Shown: positions 9,739 to 20,356, counted from the first letter of the stretch. The stretch is DNA of 64,000 nucleotides from an uncultured candidate division Zixibacteria bacterium (GCA_963801605.1 CAWDFP010000006.1:960001-1024000), one strand, 5' to 3'. The notes: generated by a model not told the origin, from the sequence alone. Translations and numbers: made by a program.

Positions 9739-10260
9739 ATGAATACTGCTGTGCTACAGGTGGCGTCCCTCATGGAACTCGCGGCCAGAACCGCGCCCAA
9801 GACCAAAGGTGAAGATTTCGTGCAGGTTAAGATTGTTTCAGGTGATAAACTTCGAGAACTTGCCGATGGAATGGTTAAATTCGGAATTGAAAAAAAGAAG
9901 GCCAGATTTGATCGCGATGGCGGCAATGTTGCATCCTCGAATGCCGTGCTTCTGATTGGCCTCAAGGATGCCTTAGCCGCAGGGCTTGATTGCGGCGCTT
10001 GCGGTTTTCCAAATTGCGAGGCTTTAAAGGCGGCCAGGCCGGTGGATACCGAATTTAAGGGTCCAATCTGTGCCTATCGGCATATCGATCTGGGAATCGC
10101 GATTGGCTCGGCGGTCAAAACGGCCCAGATTTTTAACGTCGATAACCGGGTTATGTATCGTGTTGGAGCGGCTGCACGCTGGATGGGTCTGGTCGATTGG
10201 GATTATGTTTTGGGTATTCCTCTATCGGCAACAGGAAAAAGCCCCTTTTTCGACCGTTAA
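9739..10260 (+). CDS. Ferredoxin-motif, nitroreductase-like protein (DUF2148-like)
   Basis: AARTAPK, CGACGFPNC, DLGIAIGSA, VDNRVMYRVG, GIPLS..GKSPFFDR. Confidence 0.75.
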   Translation: MNTAVLQVASLMELAARTAPKTKGEDFVQVKIVSGDKLRELADGMVKFGIEKKKARFDRDGGNVASSNAVLLIGLKDALAAGLDCGACGFPNCEALKAARPVDTEFKGPICAYRHIDLGIAIGSAVKTAQIFNVDNRVMYRVGAAARWMGLVDWDYVLGIPLSATGKSPFFDR

Positions 10261-10311
10261 AGAGAACAAAATTGCCCATGAGGGGTTTAAGCACTTGGAA
10301 GGTTTATAACC

Positions 10312-10339
10312 TTGACGAGGGCGGGATTCTTGTTATATT
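10312..10339 (+). promoter_or_regulatory. Putative sigma70 promoter for rplU-bamA-skp-lpxD
   Basis: TTGACG-16 nt-TATATT with an extended -10 TG. Confidence 0.55.
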
Positions 10340-10385
10340 TAAGGTTTTCTGATCCCGGTAGGAATTGATACTGACAGGAGGAATG

Positions 10386-10697
10386 ATGCGCGCAATAATA
10401 GAAACGAACGGAACCCAGGTAGCGGTTGAGCCAAACGCCAAACTCAAGGTTCCTTGTCTCAAGGCCGAAGTCGGCAAAGAGATTAATTTCGATAAAGTTT
10501 TGCTTATCTCCGATGGCGCCACGCCTATTGTAGGCAAACCATATATCGAGGGCGCCAATGTCACGGCCGAAGTTGTAGGTCATGGTAAAGGTGATAAAAT
10601 CGTGGTTTTCAAGTTTAAGAGACGTACTAAATATCGTCGCACAACCGGCCACCGCCAGGAATATACCGAAATCCTCGTAAAGAAGATTACGCATTGA
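10386..10697 (+). CDS. rplU: 50S ribosomal protein L21
   Basis: AIIETNGTQ...GKPYIEGA...KIVVFKFKRR..YRRTTGHRQEYT. CAGGAGG RBS. Start at 10383 or 10386. Confidence 0.95.
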   Translation: MRAIIETNGTQVAVEPNAKLKVPCLKAEVGKEINFDKVLLISDGATPIVGKPYIEGANVTAEVVGHGKGDKIVVFKFKRRTKYRRTTGHRQEYTEILVKKITH

Positions 10698-13000
10698 TTA
10701 ACCGATTCCTTGCCATACTAATTCTACTTTGCACTGCCGCTATTTCCGAGGCTCAGGATAATAAAATCCCGATGCCCGGGGCTGGCTCCGACGTTTGGGG
10801 CAAGTCGGTAGCGGGGGTTAAAGTCGACGGAATACAAAGCGCTGATACTTTTCTTGTTATAAACTCTTCCGGTATCGTTATTGGCGATCAGTTATCTCCC
10901 GGGATAATACAGGACGCTGTCAAGGGCGTTTATGCATTGGGGCTCTTTTCCGACGTTCAAATCGATACCGAGCCGGCCAGAAACGGGATCGATGTAACAA
11001 TAAAAGTCACTGAATATCCGAAACTCAGCAAGCTTAGCGTTACCGGCAATAAAAAAATCAAGACCAAAAAAATCAAAGAGAGCCTGACTCTCTTCGAGGG
11101 CAGATTGGTCACCCCTGAAGCGATTAAGAATAATATCGAAAAAATCAAATCGCTTTACTCCGATAAGGGGTTCCTTATGGTCGATGTCGATATCAAGCAA
11201 ACCCCGATTGAGGGTTCTCCCGGGCAAGTCGATGTTACCATGAATATCTCTGAAGGCGGAAAAGTAAAGATCGAGGCTATTACCTTTCAGGGAAATAAGC
11301 ATTTTTCTGCCGGGAAACTCCGCCATCAGATGTCGACCAAAGAGAAATCGTTTTTCCGCGGCGGCAACTTTAGCCGCGAAAAATATGTCGAAGATAAAGA
11401 TAAAATCATCGCTTTCTATAAAAATCAGGGTTTTATCGACGCCGTAGTGACCGGGGATTCCCTCTGGTACAATTCCGATAAAACCAGAATGTTTATTCAT
11501 CTCAATCTTAAAGAAGGCAGCCGTTATTATTTTGGTAATGTTACCTGGGACGGAAACAAGATATTAAGTGATCAGCGGATTAAAAAGACCATTCAATTTG
11601 ATCCGGGCAAGATTTATAATCAGAAAAAATATGATGAATCGATTGCCAAGCTTCACGAGACTTATCAGGATGAAGGTTATTGGTACGCCCAGGTTGACGA
11701 AAAAAACGTTCCCCAGGGCGACACAGTTAATTTTCATTGGGCTATTGCTGAGGGCAATCCGGTACACGTCCGCCTGGTAAATATCGAGGGTAATACCAAG
11801 ACCCGCGAGAAAGTAATCAGGCGCGAACTGACAGTATTGCCCGGAACCGTTTTCAAGCGATCCGTATTGGGCAGATCTCTTCGCGATTTGATGATCACCA
11901 ATTTCTACGCCAACGCCGAGCCCAATTGGGATATCCTGCCCAACGGCGATATTGATCTTAAAATCAAGGTAACCGAAAAGGAAACCGGGCAATTCTCGGT
12001 AGGGGCCGGATATTCGCAGGTCGATAAACTCACAGGCACGGTGGGAGTGGGAATTCCAAATATTTTCGGCACCGGACAAACTGCATCGCTCGACGTGCAA
12101 TTTGGGCAAACCACCAACAATTTTGATTTCAGTTATATGGAGCCCTGGTTTTTGGATACCCCCACCTCGCTTTCGGGAAGCGCTTATTTTACGAAACGCC
12201 AATGGTACTCGCTTTACGATCAGCATAACGAGGGTGGTACATTTCAGGTTGGACGCCGTCTTCGTTGGCCCGATAACTATTTCCGTATATATGGATCTTA
12301 CGCCCTGGATCGATTGCGCTATTCTGCTATCGTAGATACTAACTATGCCAAGCTTCTCAACCAGAACTGGCTGACTCAATCATCGATAACGCTGACGATC
12401 GTTCGTGATTCGCGCGATTTACCGCAGTTTGCTACCAAGGGATCGGTGCTTACCAGCCAAACAGATTTGTCGGGTACGTTTTTGGGCGGAAACTGGAATT
12501 ATTTTAAGCAGCAATTTATTGCGGAATATTATAAAAAGGTGTTCTGGAAATTTGTGATCATGGGCCGTGCCAAGTTTGGTTCGATGGGCGGCATCTATCA
12601 CGGCGATAAAGATCTTCCCTATGGCCAGAAATTCTCGCCCGGAGGAGTTGATCCCGATGGCACTATCAGAGGCTATGACGATGGCCTGGTGGGCCCCTAC
12701 GATTCAAATGGCACATTCCTGCGAGGACGATTCGATCTAATCTACAACCTCGAATTGACTATTCCCATATCGGATCAGCAATTCTATATCATTTTATTCG
12801 CCGACGCTGGAAATTCTTACCGGACAAGAAGTGATATCCATCTCTTCAGGGATTATAAGCGCTCATTTGGACCCGGCTTCCGCATCCTCATTCCGATGGT
12901 AGGAATTATGGGATTTGATTTTGGATATCCTCTTGATAGCGTCAACGGATCGAAAAAGGGAGTGTGGAAAACTCATTTCCAGATTGGCAGAGGCTTCTAA
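10694..13000 (+). CDS. bamA: Outer membrane protein assembly factor BamA
   Basis: Signal peptide, multiple POTRA repeats (GNTKTREKVIRREL), IRGY loop-6 motif, C-terminal HFQIGRGF. Confidence 0.95.
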   Translation: MINRFLAILILLCTAAISEAQDNKIPMPGAGSDVWGKSVAGVKVDGIQSADTFLVINSSGIVIGDQLSPGIIQDAVKGVYALGLFSDVQIDTEPARNGIDVTIKVTEYPKLSKLSVTGNKKIKTKKIKESLTLFEGRLVTPEAIKNNIEKIKSLYSDKGFLMVDVDIKQTPIEGSPGQVDVTMNISEGGKVKIEAITFQGNKHFSAGKLRHQMSTKEKSFFRGGNFSREKYVEDKDKIIAFYKNQGFIDAVVTGDSLWYNSDKTRMFIHLNLKEGSRYYFGNVTWDGNKILSDQRIKKTIQFDPGKIYNQKKYDESIAKLHETYQDEGYWYAQVDEKNVPQGDTVNFHWAIAEGNPVHVRLVNIEGNTKTREKVIRRELTVLPGTVFKRSVLGRSLRDLMITNFYANAEPNWDILPNGDIDLKIKVTEKETGQFSVGAGYSQVDKLTGTVGVGIPNIFGTGQTASLDVQFGQTTNNFDFSYMEPWFLDTPTSLSGSAYFTKRQWYSLYDQHNEGGTFQVGRRLRWPDNYFRIYGSYALDRLRYSAIVDTNYAKLLNQNWLTQSSITLTIVRDSRDLPQFATKGSVLTSQTDLSGTFLGGNWNYFKQQFIAEYYKKVFWKFVIMGRAKFGSMGGIYHGDKDLPYGQKFSPGGVDPDGTIRGYDDGLVGPYDSNGTFLRGRFDLIYNLELTIPISDQQFYIILFADAGNSYRTRSDIHLFRDYKRSFGPGFRILIPMVGIMGFDFGYPLDSVNGSKKGVWKTHFQIGRGF

Positions 13001-13035
13001 TTTAGTCAGATTAATATTATCTATAAGGAGAATTT

Positions 13036-13551
13036 ATGAGGCATTTATTTTTAGCGGTTGGCTTGATGCTCGTTGCTGCTTTTCCCGCGCTGGCTCAGCA
13101 GAAGATTGGTTACGTAGATTCCCAGAAAATCTTCGCTCAGTCTCCGGAATATCAGGAGGCTCAGGCTAAGTTTGATAAAGAAGTCGAAGATTGGAATACC
13201 CAGGCCGGCGCTATGAATGACGAAGTTGAAAAGCTAAAAGAGGATCAACAAAAGAACTCGCTGGTTTGGTCCCAGGCCAAAAAGAAAGAAGCCGATGATA
13301 AGCTCAAGGCTAAACAGGACACTTTGCAGCAATATCTCGATTCCACTTTCGGGGCTAATGGCAAAGCTGAAAAAAGAATGGCCGAGCTTTCCAAACCAAT
13401 TAAGGATAAAATCGTCGGGGCTATTAAAAAAGTCGCTATTGAAAACGATTTCGAAATGGTGTTGGATGCTGCCAACGTAAGCATCGCTTACGCCAAGGAA
13501 AGCCTCGATATAACTGATGACGTCATAGCAGAGCTGGCTAAAGAGAAATAA
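13036..13551 (+). CDS. skp: OmpH/Skp periplasmic chaperone
   Basis: Signal peptide, KIGYVD, coiled coil, DITDDV. Lies between bamA and lpxD. Confidence 0.92.
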   Translation: MRHLFLAVGLMLVAAFPALAQQKIGYVDSQKIFAQSPEYQEAQAKFDKEVEDWNTQAGAMNDEVEKLKEDQQKNSLVWSQAKKKEADDKLKAKQDTLQQYLDSTFGANGKAEKRMAELSKPIKDKIVGAIKKVAIENDFEMVLDAANVSIAYAKESLDITDDVIAELAKEK

Positions 13552-13554
13552 CCG

Positions 13555-14574
13555 ATGCAATTTCATCTGGGAGAACTTGCCCAAAAGATCGGAGCCGAAC
13601 TCAACGGCAGCTCCGATCTCGTCATTTTCGGCCTGGCAACTCTTGAAGATGCCAAAGCAGGCGAACTCTCTTATGTGGCCACTCCCAAGTTTAGAAAAAT
13701 AGCCGAATCGAGCAAAGCCTCAGCGCTTATCGCCTATCCCGGATTTGATGACAAGACCAGGCCGCTCCTTTTAATGAAAAATCCTTATCTGGGATTTGCC
13801 CTGGCCATGCGAATATTCTATCGGCTCTATCCACAGGCGGAGCCTGGAATCGAATCATCTGCTATGATTGCCAATGATGTTTCTGTGCCGAAAAGTGCCC
13901 ATATCGGGCATAACGCTGTGATTTCAAAAGGGGTAAAACTTGGCGAAGGCGTGGCGATACTTCCAGGTGTTTTTATCGGCGAAAACACCACAATCGGGGA
14001 AAAGTCCTATATATTTTCCAATGTCACTATCAGGGAAAATATAAGAATCGGAAATAACGTCGTTATCTATCCCAATGCCGTTATCGGCTCCGACGGTTTC
14101 GGCTATTGTTGGGATGGCAATCATCATATTAAAATTCCCCAGGCGGGCACTGTTATTATTGAAGATGATGTTGAGATCGGGGCCGGCACAACTATCGATA
14201 GAGCTACCCTTGGCGAAACTATCATCGGCCGCGGGACCATAATAGATAATCTGGTACAAATAGCTCATAACTGCAAGATCGGGGAATATTCAGTAATTTG
14301 TGCTCAGGTCGGTCTGGCCGGAACTACGACGCTTAACCGTCATGTAACCTTGGCAGGTCAGGTGGGCGTAGCCGGGCATTTAACGATAGGAGACAACGCT
14401 ATAATTGAGGCCCAATCAGGGGTGCCCGGCGATGTGCCCGCGGGCGAAGTCCATTTTGGCTATCCCGCCCGGGAGTTCAGGCAGGCGCATAAAATCAACG
14501 CTATTATAGCCCGTTTGCCGGAATATATCGCTCGTCTCAGGAAACTCGAATCGAATATTAAGAAAGACGATTAA
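13555..14574 (+). CDS. lpxD: UDP-3-O-(3-hydroxymyristoyl)glucosamine N-acyltransferase
   Basis: Hexapeptide repeats, [18 protein letters not shown]. Confidence 0.96.
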   Translation: MQFHLGELAQKIGAELNGSSDLVIFGLATLEDAKAGELSYVATPKFRKIAESSKASALIAYPGFDDKTRPLLLMKNPYLGFALAMRIFYRLYPQAEPGIESSAMIANDVSVPKSAHIGHNAVISKGVKLGEGVAILPGVFIGENTTIGEKSYIFSNVTIRENIRIGNNVVIYPNAVIGSDGFGYCWDGNHHIKIPQAGTVIIEDDVEIGAGTTIDRATLGETIIGRGTIIDNLVQIAHNCKIGEYSVICAQVGLAGTTTLNRHVTLAGQVGVAGHLTIGDNAIIEAQSGVPGDVPAGEVHFGYPAREFRQAHKINAIIARLPEYIARLRKLESNIKKDD

Positions 14575-14653
14575 CCGCCTACGGGGGAACCATTTCCCAT
14601 CGCCTTTCGTTTCTATTTTGTAATGTTGTTTTGATTTAAGAAAGGAAGTTGTA

Positions 14654-14989
14654 ATGTCCAAGATCATCGAAATTGATGAATCCAATTTTGAAACCGAAGT
14701 TAAGAAATCCGAGATGCCCGTCATGATAGATTTTTGGGCTACCTGGTGCGGTCCCTGCAAGATGATTGCTCCGCATGTAGAAGAGGCCTCCAATATTTAC
14801 TCTGGCAAGCTTAAAGTCGGTAAAATCGACGTTGATAATAATCAGCAAATTGCATCGCAATACTCGATCATGTCCATCCCGGCAGTGATGTTCTTTAAAA
14901 ATGGCGCGGTGGTGGATCAGATAATCGGGGCCGTACCCAAAAAGGCTCTTTTCGAAAGAATTGACAGGATTCTATCGCGTGAAGGCTGA
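14654..14989 (+). CDS. trxA: Thioredoxin
   Basis: DFWATWCGPCK active site. Confidence 0.96.
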   Translation: MSKIIEIDESNFETEVKKSEMPVMIDFWATWCGPCKMIAPHVEEASNIYSGKLKVGKIDVDNNQQIASQYSIMSIPAVMFFKNGAVVDQIIGAVPKKALFERIDRILSREG

Positions 14990-14996
14990 ACCTAAA

Positions 14997-15401
14997 ATGA
15001 TTGATATCATCGATCGCATCTTAGGCGAGTCGCATACGATAGCCGTAGTGGGGCTATCCAATAAACCCGAACGTGCCAGTTATGACGTTGCTAAATACCT
15101 GCAATCTCATGGATATAAAATTATCCCGGTAAACCCGATGCTTACCGAAGTACTTGGAGAGAAATCATATCCAAATCTGGTATCGGTGCCGGATAAGATC
15201 GATGTAGTCGATATCTTCCGTAAGAGCGACGAAGTCGAACCGATCGTTGACGAGGCCATTAAAAAGGGCGCCAAGGTAGTCTGGATGCAGCTCGGAGTTG
15301 TAAACGATCAAGCTACTCAAAAAGCAAAGGCCGCCGGGCTGGAGGTGATCATGGATCACTGCATGAAACATGAGCATCACATTCGTCATGGCGAGGAATA
15401 A
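14997..15401 (+). CDS. CoA-binding protein (YccU-like)
   Basis: TIAVVGLS..PERAS, IPVNP, DVVDIFR, WMQLG. Confidence 0.9.
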   Translation: MIDIIDRILGESHTIAVVGLSNKPERASYDVAKYLQSHGYKIIPVNPMLTEVLGEKSYPNLVSVPDKIDVVDIFRKSDEVEPIVDEAIKKGAKVVWMQLGVVNDQATQKAKAAGLEVIMDHCMKHEHHIRHGEE

Positions 15402-15616
15402 ATTTGGCGAGTTGACAATAATACACCAATAATAAAAATTTAGGCGACTTTCCCTTAAGTCGTCTTTTTTTTCGATTACGATAGGTTTCATTCGGAAATG
15501 GGTGCTATGAAAGGTTACGAATTATGTCATTTTTTATAACGCTTGCCCAAAATTTGCCGATGGTATATATTATTGGGCACATGTAAAACGAACAGAAAAA
15601 TTACATTTGGTGAACG

Positions 15617-16090
15617 ATGAAAATCAAAGAACCCTACAAAAAGATTCCTAAAGTCGTCGGAGCTACCATAGAGTGGAATGGCAAAATGGGTTTCAAATGC
15701 CAATCCGATTCCGGACATGAGGTTATCGTCGATGCCTCGCGCGCGCACGGCGGCGATGATTCCGGCGCCAGGCCGATGGAGTTTCTGCTGTTTTCCCTTT
15801 CAGGCTGCACGGGCATGGATGTAACCATGATCTTGAAGAAAAAGAAACGCGACCTGCAAGGCCTGAAAATCAAGGTTCACGGTCAGAGAGCTCCCAATCA
15901 CCCGCACGTCTATGAAGCGATAACTCTGGAATATATTGTAACAGGTTCTGATTTGACTGATGATGATATCCGCTGGGCAATCGATCTTTCTCTCGATAAA
16001 TACTGTTCCGTGGCAGGCATGCTAAAGAAGATCTGCAAGCTTAATTATCGCTGGAAGATTATCAAAAGCCCGCCCGGAGGCTCGGCATGA
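15617..16090 (+). CDS. OsmC family protein
   Basis: RPMEFLL..LSGCTGMDV and KYCSV cysteine pair. Confidence 0.9.
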   Translation: MKIKEPYKKIPKVVGATIEWNGKMGFKCQSDSGHEVIVDASRAHGGDDSGARPMEFLLFSLSGCTGMDVTMILKKKKRDLQGLKIKVHGQRAPNHPHVYEAITLEYIVTGSDLTDDDIRWAIDLSLDKYCSVAGMLKKICKLNYRWKIIKSPPGGSA

Positions 16091-16923
16091 ACAGCTACGG
16101 ACCGCAGGGCGGCAGTTATTTTGACCGCTACAGCGGCCTTTTTCCTCCCGCCATCAAATGGCTTCTGATCGCCAACGCGGCCATGTTTTTTGCGCCGCGT
16201 ATCCTCTTTGCCGATCTCGAACCGTTCCATAGATTATTAGGTTTGGTCCCGGGATTAGTATGGGGCAAGGCATTTGTCTGGCAGCTTGTCACCTACATGT
16301 TTCTGCATGGCAGTTTTTGGCATATCCTCATGAATATGTTTATCCTCTGGATGTTCGGCGCCGAGTTGGAGCGTACCTGGGGCAGCCGCGAATTTACCAA
16401 GTTTTACTTTGTAGCCGGGATCGGGGCAGGGGTCATCAATGTCCTTTTTGCGGCTCTCAGACCATCAATGGCAAATGTGCCTATTATCGGAGCTTCGGGT
16501 GCAATCTATGGCCTTCTGGTCGCTTATGCCATGCTCTTCCCCGAACGTTATGTTTATGTCTACTTCTTGATTCCCGTAAAGGTCAAATATCTGGTTATGT
16601 TTCTGGTGGCGATCGAATTTTTCTCTACCTACCAACCGGATGGTGTCGCTCATTTCGCCCATCTTGGCGGCGCTTTGGTGGGATTTCTCTATTTGAGATA
16701 CGATCTCAGATGGCGGCTCAATCGCTGGTCGCCGCTCGATTTCTACCAGCGGATAAAAGCTGAGGCCATGGCCAAGAAGAGGCAGGAAGGCCTCAAGCTA
16801 ATGGACGAGGTTGATGCTATTCTCGATAAGATCAATCAGGTCGGTTACGACAATCTTTCAAAAAAAGAAAAGAAGATATTAGAGAAGGCTTCCGATAAAT
16901 TATCCAAGCATGAACAAAAGTAA
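16087..16923 (+). CDS. Rhomboid intramembrane serine protease with C-terminal soluble extension
   Basis: TYMFLHG..HILMNM, GASG, AHFAHLGG. The C-terminal VDAILDKINQVGYDNLS tail is typical of FCB rhomboids. Confidence 0.92.
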   Translation: MNSYGPQGGSYFDRYSGLFPPAIKWLLIANAAMFFAPRILFADLEPFHRLLGLVPGLVWGKAFVWQLVTYMFLHGSFWHILMNMFILWMFGAELERTWGSREFTKFYFVAGIGAGVINVLFAALRPSMANVPIIGASGAIYGLLVAYAMLFPERYVYVYFLIPVKVKYLVMFLVAIEFFSTYQPDGVAHFAHLGGALVGFLYLRYDLRWRLNRWSPLDFYQRIKAEAMAKKRQEGLKLMDEVDAILDKINQVGYDNLSKKEKKILEKASDKLSKHEQK

Positions 16924-16989
16924 TGCTTAAGTGCCCGGTCAAATGGCCGATGATAATATTGCGCCATAGGTTTTAACCTCAGTGGAGGA

Positions 16990-18066
16990 TTGATGAAAAA
17001 GGTAGTAGTGGCCGAGGCCTCTCCCACCATAAAAAGCGTAGCCGATTCGCTTTTAAGGCAGATCGGGTTCGACGTAGTATGCACATCCGACGGGCTTCAA
17101 GCCTGGGAGGTTATCTCTGCCGAGAGACCAGACCTGGTCTTGGTAGGCCAGGGGCTTTCAGGTCTATCGGGTCTGGAGCTATGCAGTCAAATAGCATCCG
17201 ACCGCCTCACTGGAGGTATTCCAGTTGTTCTAATGATTGGCGCCAAAGACGCCATCACTGAGGAACAAATTCTTGCTTCCGGAGCCCGCGGTAAGCTGCG
17301 AAAGCCCTTTTCGCCAAAAGATTTATTAGATGTAGCTGAACGTCTGGCAGGCCAGGGACCAGTTTTGGCGCCGAAAATTCCGGTCGTCAAAGCTCAACCG
17401 GAGACCAAATATAATTCTCAAGTCTCTTCTACTCAACACCTTCACGAAAAGAAGGAACCTTATAATCTGGGATGGCTGGATTTAAGTGAAAGTAATCCAA
17501 CCAGCTCAATTTCAAAAGTAGTCAGTTTTGATCTCGGCGCTGATGACCAGAGCCTGATTATCGACGATGATCAGTACGGTCTGGCCAATCCCCAACCTCC
17601 GCCAGTGGAAGAAACTATTCAATCGCAGCCAACTCCAGTAGAAAAGGATGAGGATTACGAGTGGTTTTTGGGCGAGTTTAAGAAAGAAATGGAGGGTAAG
17701 GCAAAATTGGAGAATCAAATCGAACCTAACCCTGCTCGTGCGTCTGCATCGTCATTATCCGCTAATTCAACTCCTGAAAAAATCAAGTTTGATGACATTA
17801 TTTCCGCCGATGAACCTCATAATTCTGTCACCAGTCCTAAGATCCGCGATGCATCGTTGCCAATTTCCCAAAATTCTTCGAGCAAGCCGAAAGTTGGCGA
17901 TTCTTCCGCCAAAATCGAATCCGAATCTCCCGGCCAGGCTAGAAAGTTGTCGGAAGAAGAAATCGCCATGATGGCCGATAGGATTGCCTTGAGATTGGCC
18001 GCTTATTTGGCATCCAAACTTGATAAAAATTTGATAATCGAGGCAATCAGAGCAGCATTCAAATAA
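16990..18066 (+). CDS. Atypical (pseudo-)response regulator: receiver domain, long disordered linker, C-terminal helix
   Basis: Receiver fold (PDLVLV, IPVVLM, KPFS) lacking the acidic pocket and phospho-Asp, followed by about 200 aa rich in P/S/E/D. Confidence 0.75.
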   Translation: MMKKVVVAEASPTIKSVADSLLRQIGFDVVCTSDGLQAWEVISAERPDLVLVGQGLSGLSGLELCSQIASDRLTGGIPVVLMIGAKDAITEEQILASGARGKLRKPFSPKDLLDVAERLAGQGPVLAPKIPVVKAQPETKYNSQVSSTQHLHEKKEPYNLGWLDLSESNPTSSISKVVSFDLGADDQSLIIDDDQYGLANPQPPPVEETIQSQPTPVEKDEDYEWFLGEFKKEMEGKAKLENQIEPNPARASASSLSANSTPEKIKFDDIISADEPHNSVTSPKIRDASLPISQNSSSKPKVGDSSAKIESESPGQARKLSEEEIAMMADRIALRLAAYLASKLDKNLIIEAIRAAFK

Positions 18067-18286
18067 AAAATCTTGTTAGCAGTACGCGATAGTCCCCGGA
18101 GTCTAATAAATTCCCCCCGTATTTGTCTTGATATATTCCGTGGTGTTTGCCCCAAAACAATTTCTTTCTTGCGTTCACGAATTTGAGTCTTATCTTAATA
18201 TAAGACATTGATAATTGATATTACCAGGAGCAGCAATGCACTTGTTTTTATGATCTTCTGCTGCAAATTTCCATAGGCACAGCTAT

Positions 18287-19081
18287 GTGCAGTCAAATAA
18301 TATTGCAAAGAAGGTAGGACGGGCGGTAATTAGGAATGCCCGCATCCCGTTGTTTATGAAAAGCGGTAATGCAATTTGCATATTGGCGAAAAATCCTCGA
18401 ACCGGACTGGTTAAGAACGGCCTGGAATGTTTGATAGGCGACAAGCAGGCGGCTCTCTTGGCCCGCGCCCTATTGTTTGACGTTATCGCCGCTTCGCTTA
18501 AAATCCCCAAATGTGACGTTTATATCGCTCACTGGCCGCCGGACAGTGCAAAGGATTTCGAAAATATCCTTTACCTGTTTAAATCCGAAGAAAAAAATAA
18601 AAAAATTGCCCAACGATCCGACGATATAATGCTTATTCCGCAACGAGGTGAAAAAATCTGCGAGAGAATGGCGAACATTTTTGATGCCCTGTTTAAAATG
18701 GGTAACGACAAAATACTATTTGTTTGTTCGGATAATCCGCTTTTAGACCCGATGATCTTCAAAATTGCCTTTGAGCTTCTAAAAGAGAACCGGGCGGTTC
18801 TGGGTCCCACTTTTGACGGTGGTTTTTATATTCTTGGTTTTAGCAATTGCATTCCGGGGATATTTGATAATATAAATTGGGTGCCGGGCAATGTATATCG
18901 AGAACTTAAGACCAGGTTCGAGGCCGGCGGTTTCCCCTGGCAAGAACTTGAGTTGTCTTATGATATCGACCGCCCTGAAGAGCTCGAACAGCTTTATAAC
19001 GATATCGATACACTGCGCTTAACCGGTATAAACGATTTAGGATACCATACTGAAAAATGCCTCGAAAATCTAAAGAAATAG
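18287..19081 (+). CDS. DUF2064 / TIGR04282-like glycosyltransferase
   Basis: AKNPRTGLVK, QRG..ICERM, SDNP, LGPTFDGGFY, DIDRPEEL. The true start may be downstream (MKSG). Confidence 0.7.
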   Translation: MQSNNIAKKVGRAVIRNARIPLFMKSGNAICILAKNPRTGLVKNGLECLIGDKQAALLARALLFDVIAASLKIPKCDVYIAHWPPDSAKDFENILYLFKSEEKNKKIAQRSDDIMLIPQRGEKICERMANIFDALFKMGNDKILFVCSDNPLLDPMIFKIAFELLKENRAVLGPTFDGGFYILGFSNCIPGIFDNINWVPGNVYRELKTRFEAGGFPWQELELSYDIDRPEELEQLYNDIDTLRLTGINDLGYHTEKCLENLKK

Positions 19082-20205
19082 TCAATAGTCCGGTAGTAAC
19101 TCCGATCTACCAGAGTTCCACATTTATTTTCCCCAATACCGACGCTCTCAAGGATTATCAGCTCGGTAAAAAGGGCGGTTATCTATATTCACGCTATAGC
19201 AATCCCACATTGGATTCAACTCAGCGTCTCCTGGCAAAACTCGAAGGAGCTCCTGCAAGTCTGGTGCTTTCATCGGGGATGGCCGCGATTAGTACCGCCT
19301 GCCTCACTATGCTAAAACCGAAAGATCAGGTAGTATCTTCATATCCGCTTTACGGCGGGACAACCAAGCTCTTTACCACTATCTTCAAGAAGTTGGGCAT
19401 TGAAGTCCGATTCTTTCCCGCTGGAAATGTCGAGAAACTCGAGCGGCTAATTACTTCGAAAACCAGGCTTATTTATCTCGAATCTCCTACAAATCCCAAT
19501 TTGCAGATAATCGATCTTAATGCGATCTCAGAGATCGCTTCGCGGAAACGTATTTTCACAATTATAGACTCGACCTTCGCCACTCCTATAAATCAAAAAC
19601 CCCTGACATTTGGTATCAAAGCGGTAGTACACTCTGCAACCAAATATCTCGGAGGGCATTCGGATCTTATCGGAGGAGTAATTTCCGGAGATAACGCTTT
19701 TATATCTGCAACTATCGAAACGATGAAATTATTGGGAGGATGTGCCGACCCTCATCAAGCTTTTCTGATAGAACGCGGCCTAAAAACCCTTCCGGTTCGA
19801 ATGGCGCGGCATAACGAAAATGCTATGAAAGTTGCATTATTCCTCGATAGGGAGCCTCGTCTTTCGCGTGTTATCTATCCCGGCCTTACGAACCATCCTC
19901 AGCACATTCTGGCGGCCTCCCAAATGTCGGGATTCGGCGGTATGGTAAGTTTTGATTTTGGCTCGGTGCAAAAGGCCGTCAAATTTGTCGATTCGCTTAA
20001 AGTTGTAAAAAACGCCGTTAGCCTGGGCGGTACGGAATCCTTAATATCTATCCCGATCTGGACATCCCACATGGGCCTTGCCAAAAATGAGCTATCGAAA
20101 TCAGGCGTGACTCCCGGCATGGTTCGGCTTAGTGTCGGCCTTGAAGATCCTGATGAACTAATTGATGATTTAAAACAAGCGCTCAGGGCTACCTATAAAA
20201 AGTAA
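19057..20205 (+). CDS. Cys/Met metabolism PLP-dependent enzyme (cystathionine gamma-synthase / methionine gamma-lyase family)
   Basis: PIYQSSTF, YSRYSNPT, SSGMAAI, ESPTNP, HSATKYLGGHSD, SLGGTESL, RLSVGLE. Confidence 0.92.
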   Translation: MPRKSKEIVNSPVVTPIYQSSTFIFPNTDALKDYQLGKKGGYLYSRYSNPTLDSTQRLLAKLEGAPASLVLSSGMAAISTACLTMLKPKDQVVSSYPLYGGTTKLFTTIFKKLGIEVRFFPAGNVEKLERLITSKTRLIYLESPTNPNLQIIDLNAISEIASRKRIFTIIDSTFATPINQKPLTFGIKAVVHSATKYLGGHSDLIGGVISGDNAFISATIETMKLLGGCADPHQAFLIERGLKTLPVRMARHNENAMKVALFLDREPRLSRVIYPGLTNHPQHILAASQMSGFGGMVSFDFGSVQKAVKFVDSLKVVKNAVSLGGTESLISIPIWTSHMGLAKNELSKSGVTPGMVRLSVGLEDPDELIDDLKQALRATYKK

Positions 20206-20356
20206 TATCTTCCCAAATTAACAAATCTAATAGATTTATACTGAATTATTAAAATCATCCTTGCACCTGAATGATTACATCTCTATTTTCCCCATCGATG
20301 ATAAATACTATACTCCATAAGGAATTAATTTTGATATCTCAAAGGGGCGGTAAATA

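Noticed and set aside
11564..12379. Long antisense ORFs (e.g. 271 aa opposite bamA, 190 aa opposite the PilX-like gene)
   Set aside because: They lie wholly opposite well-supported genes and show no recognisable motifs, so they are treated as shadow ORFs.
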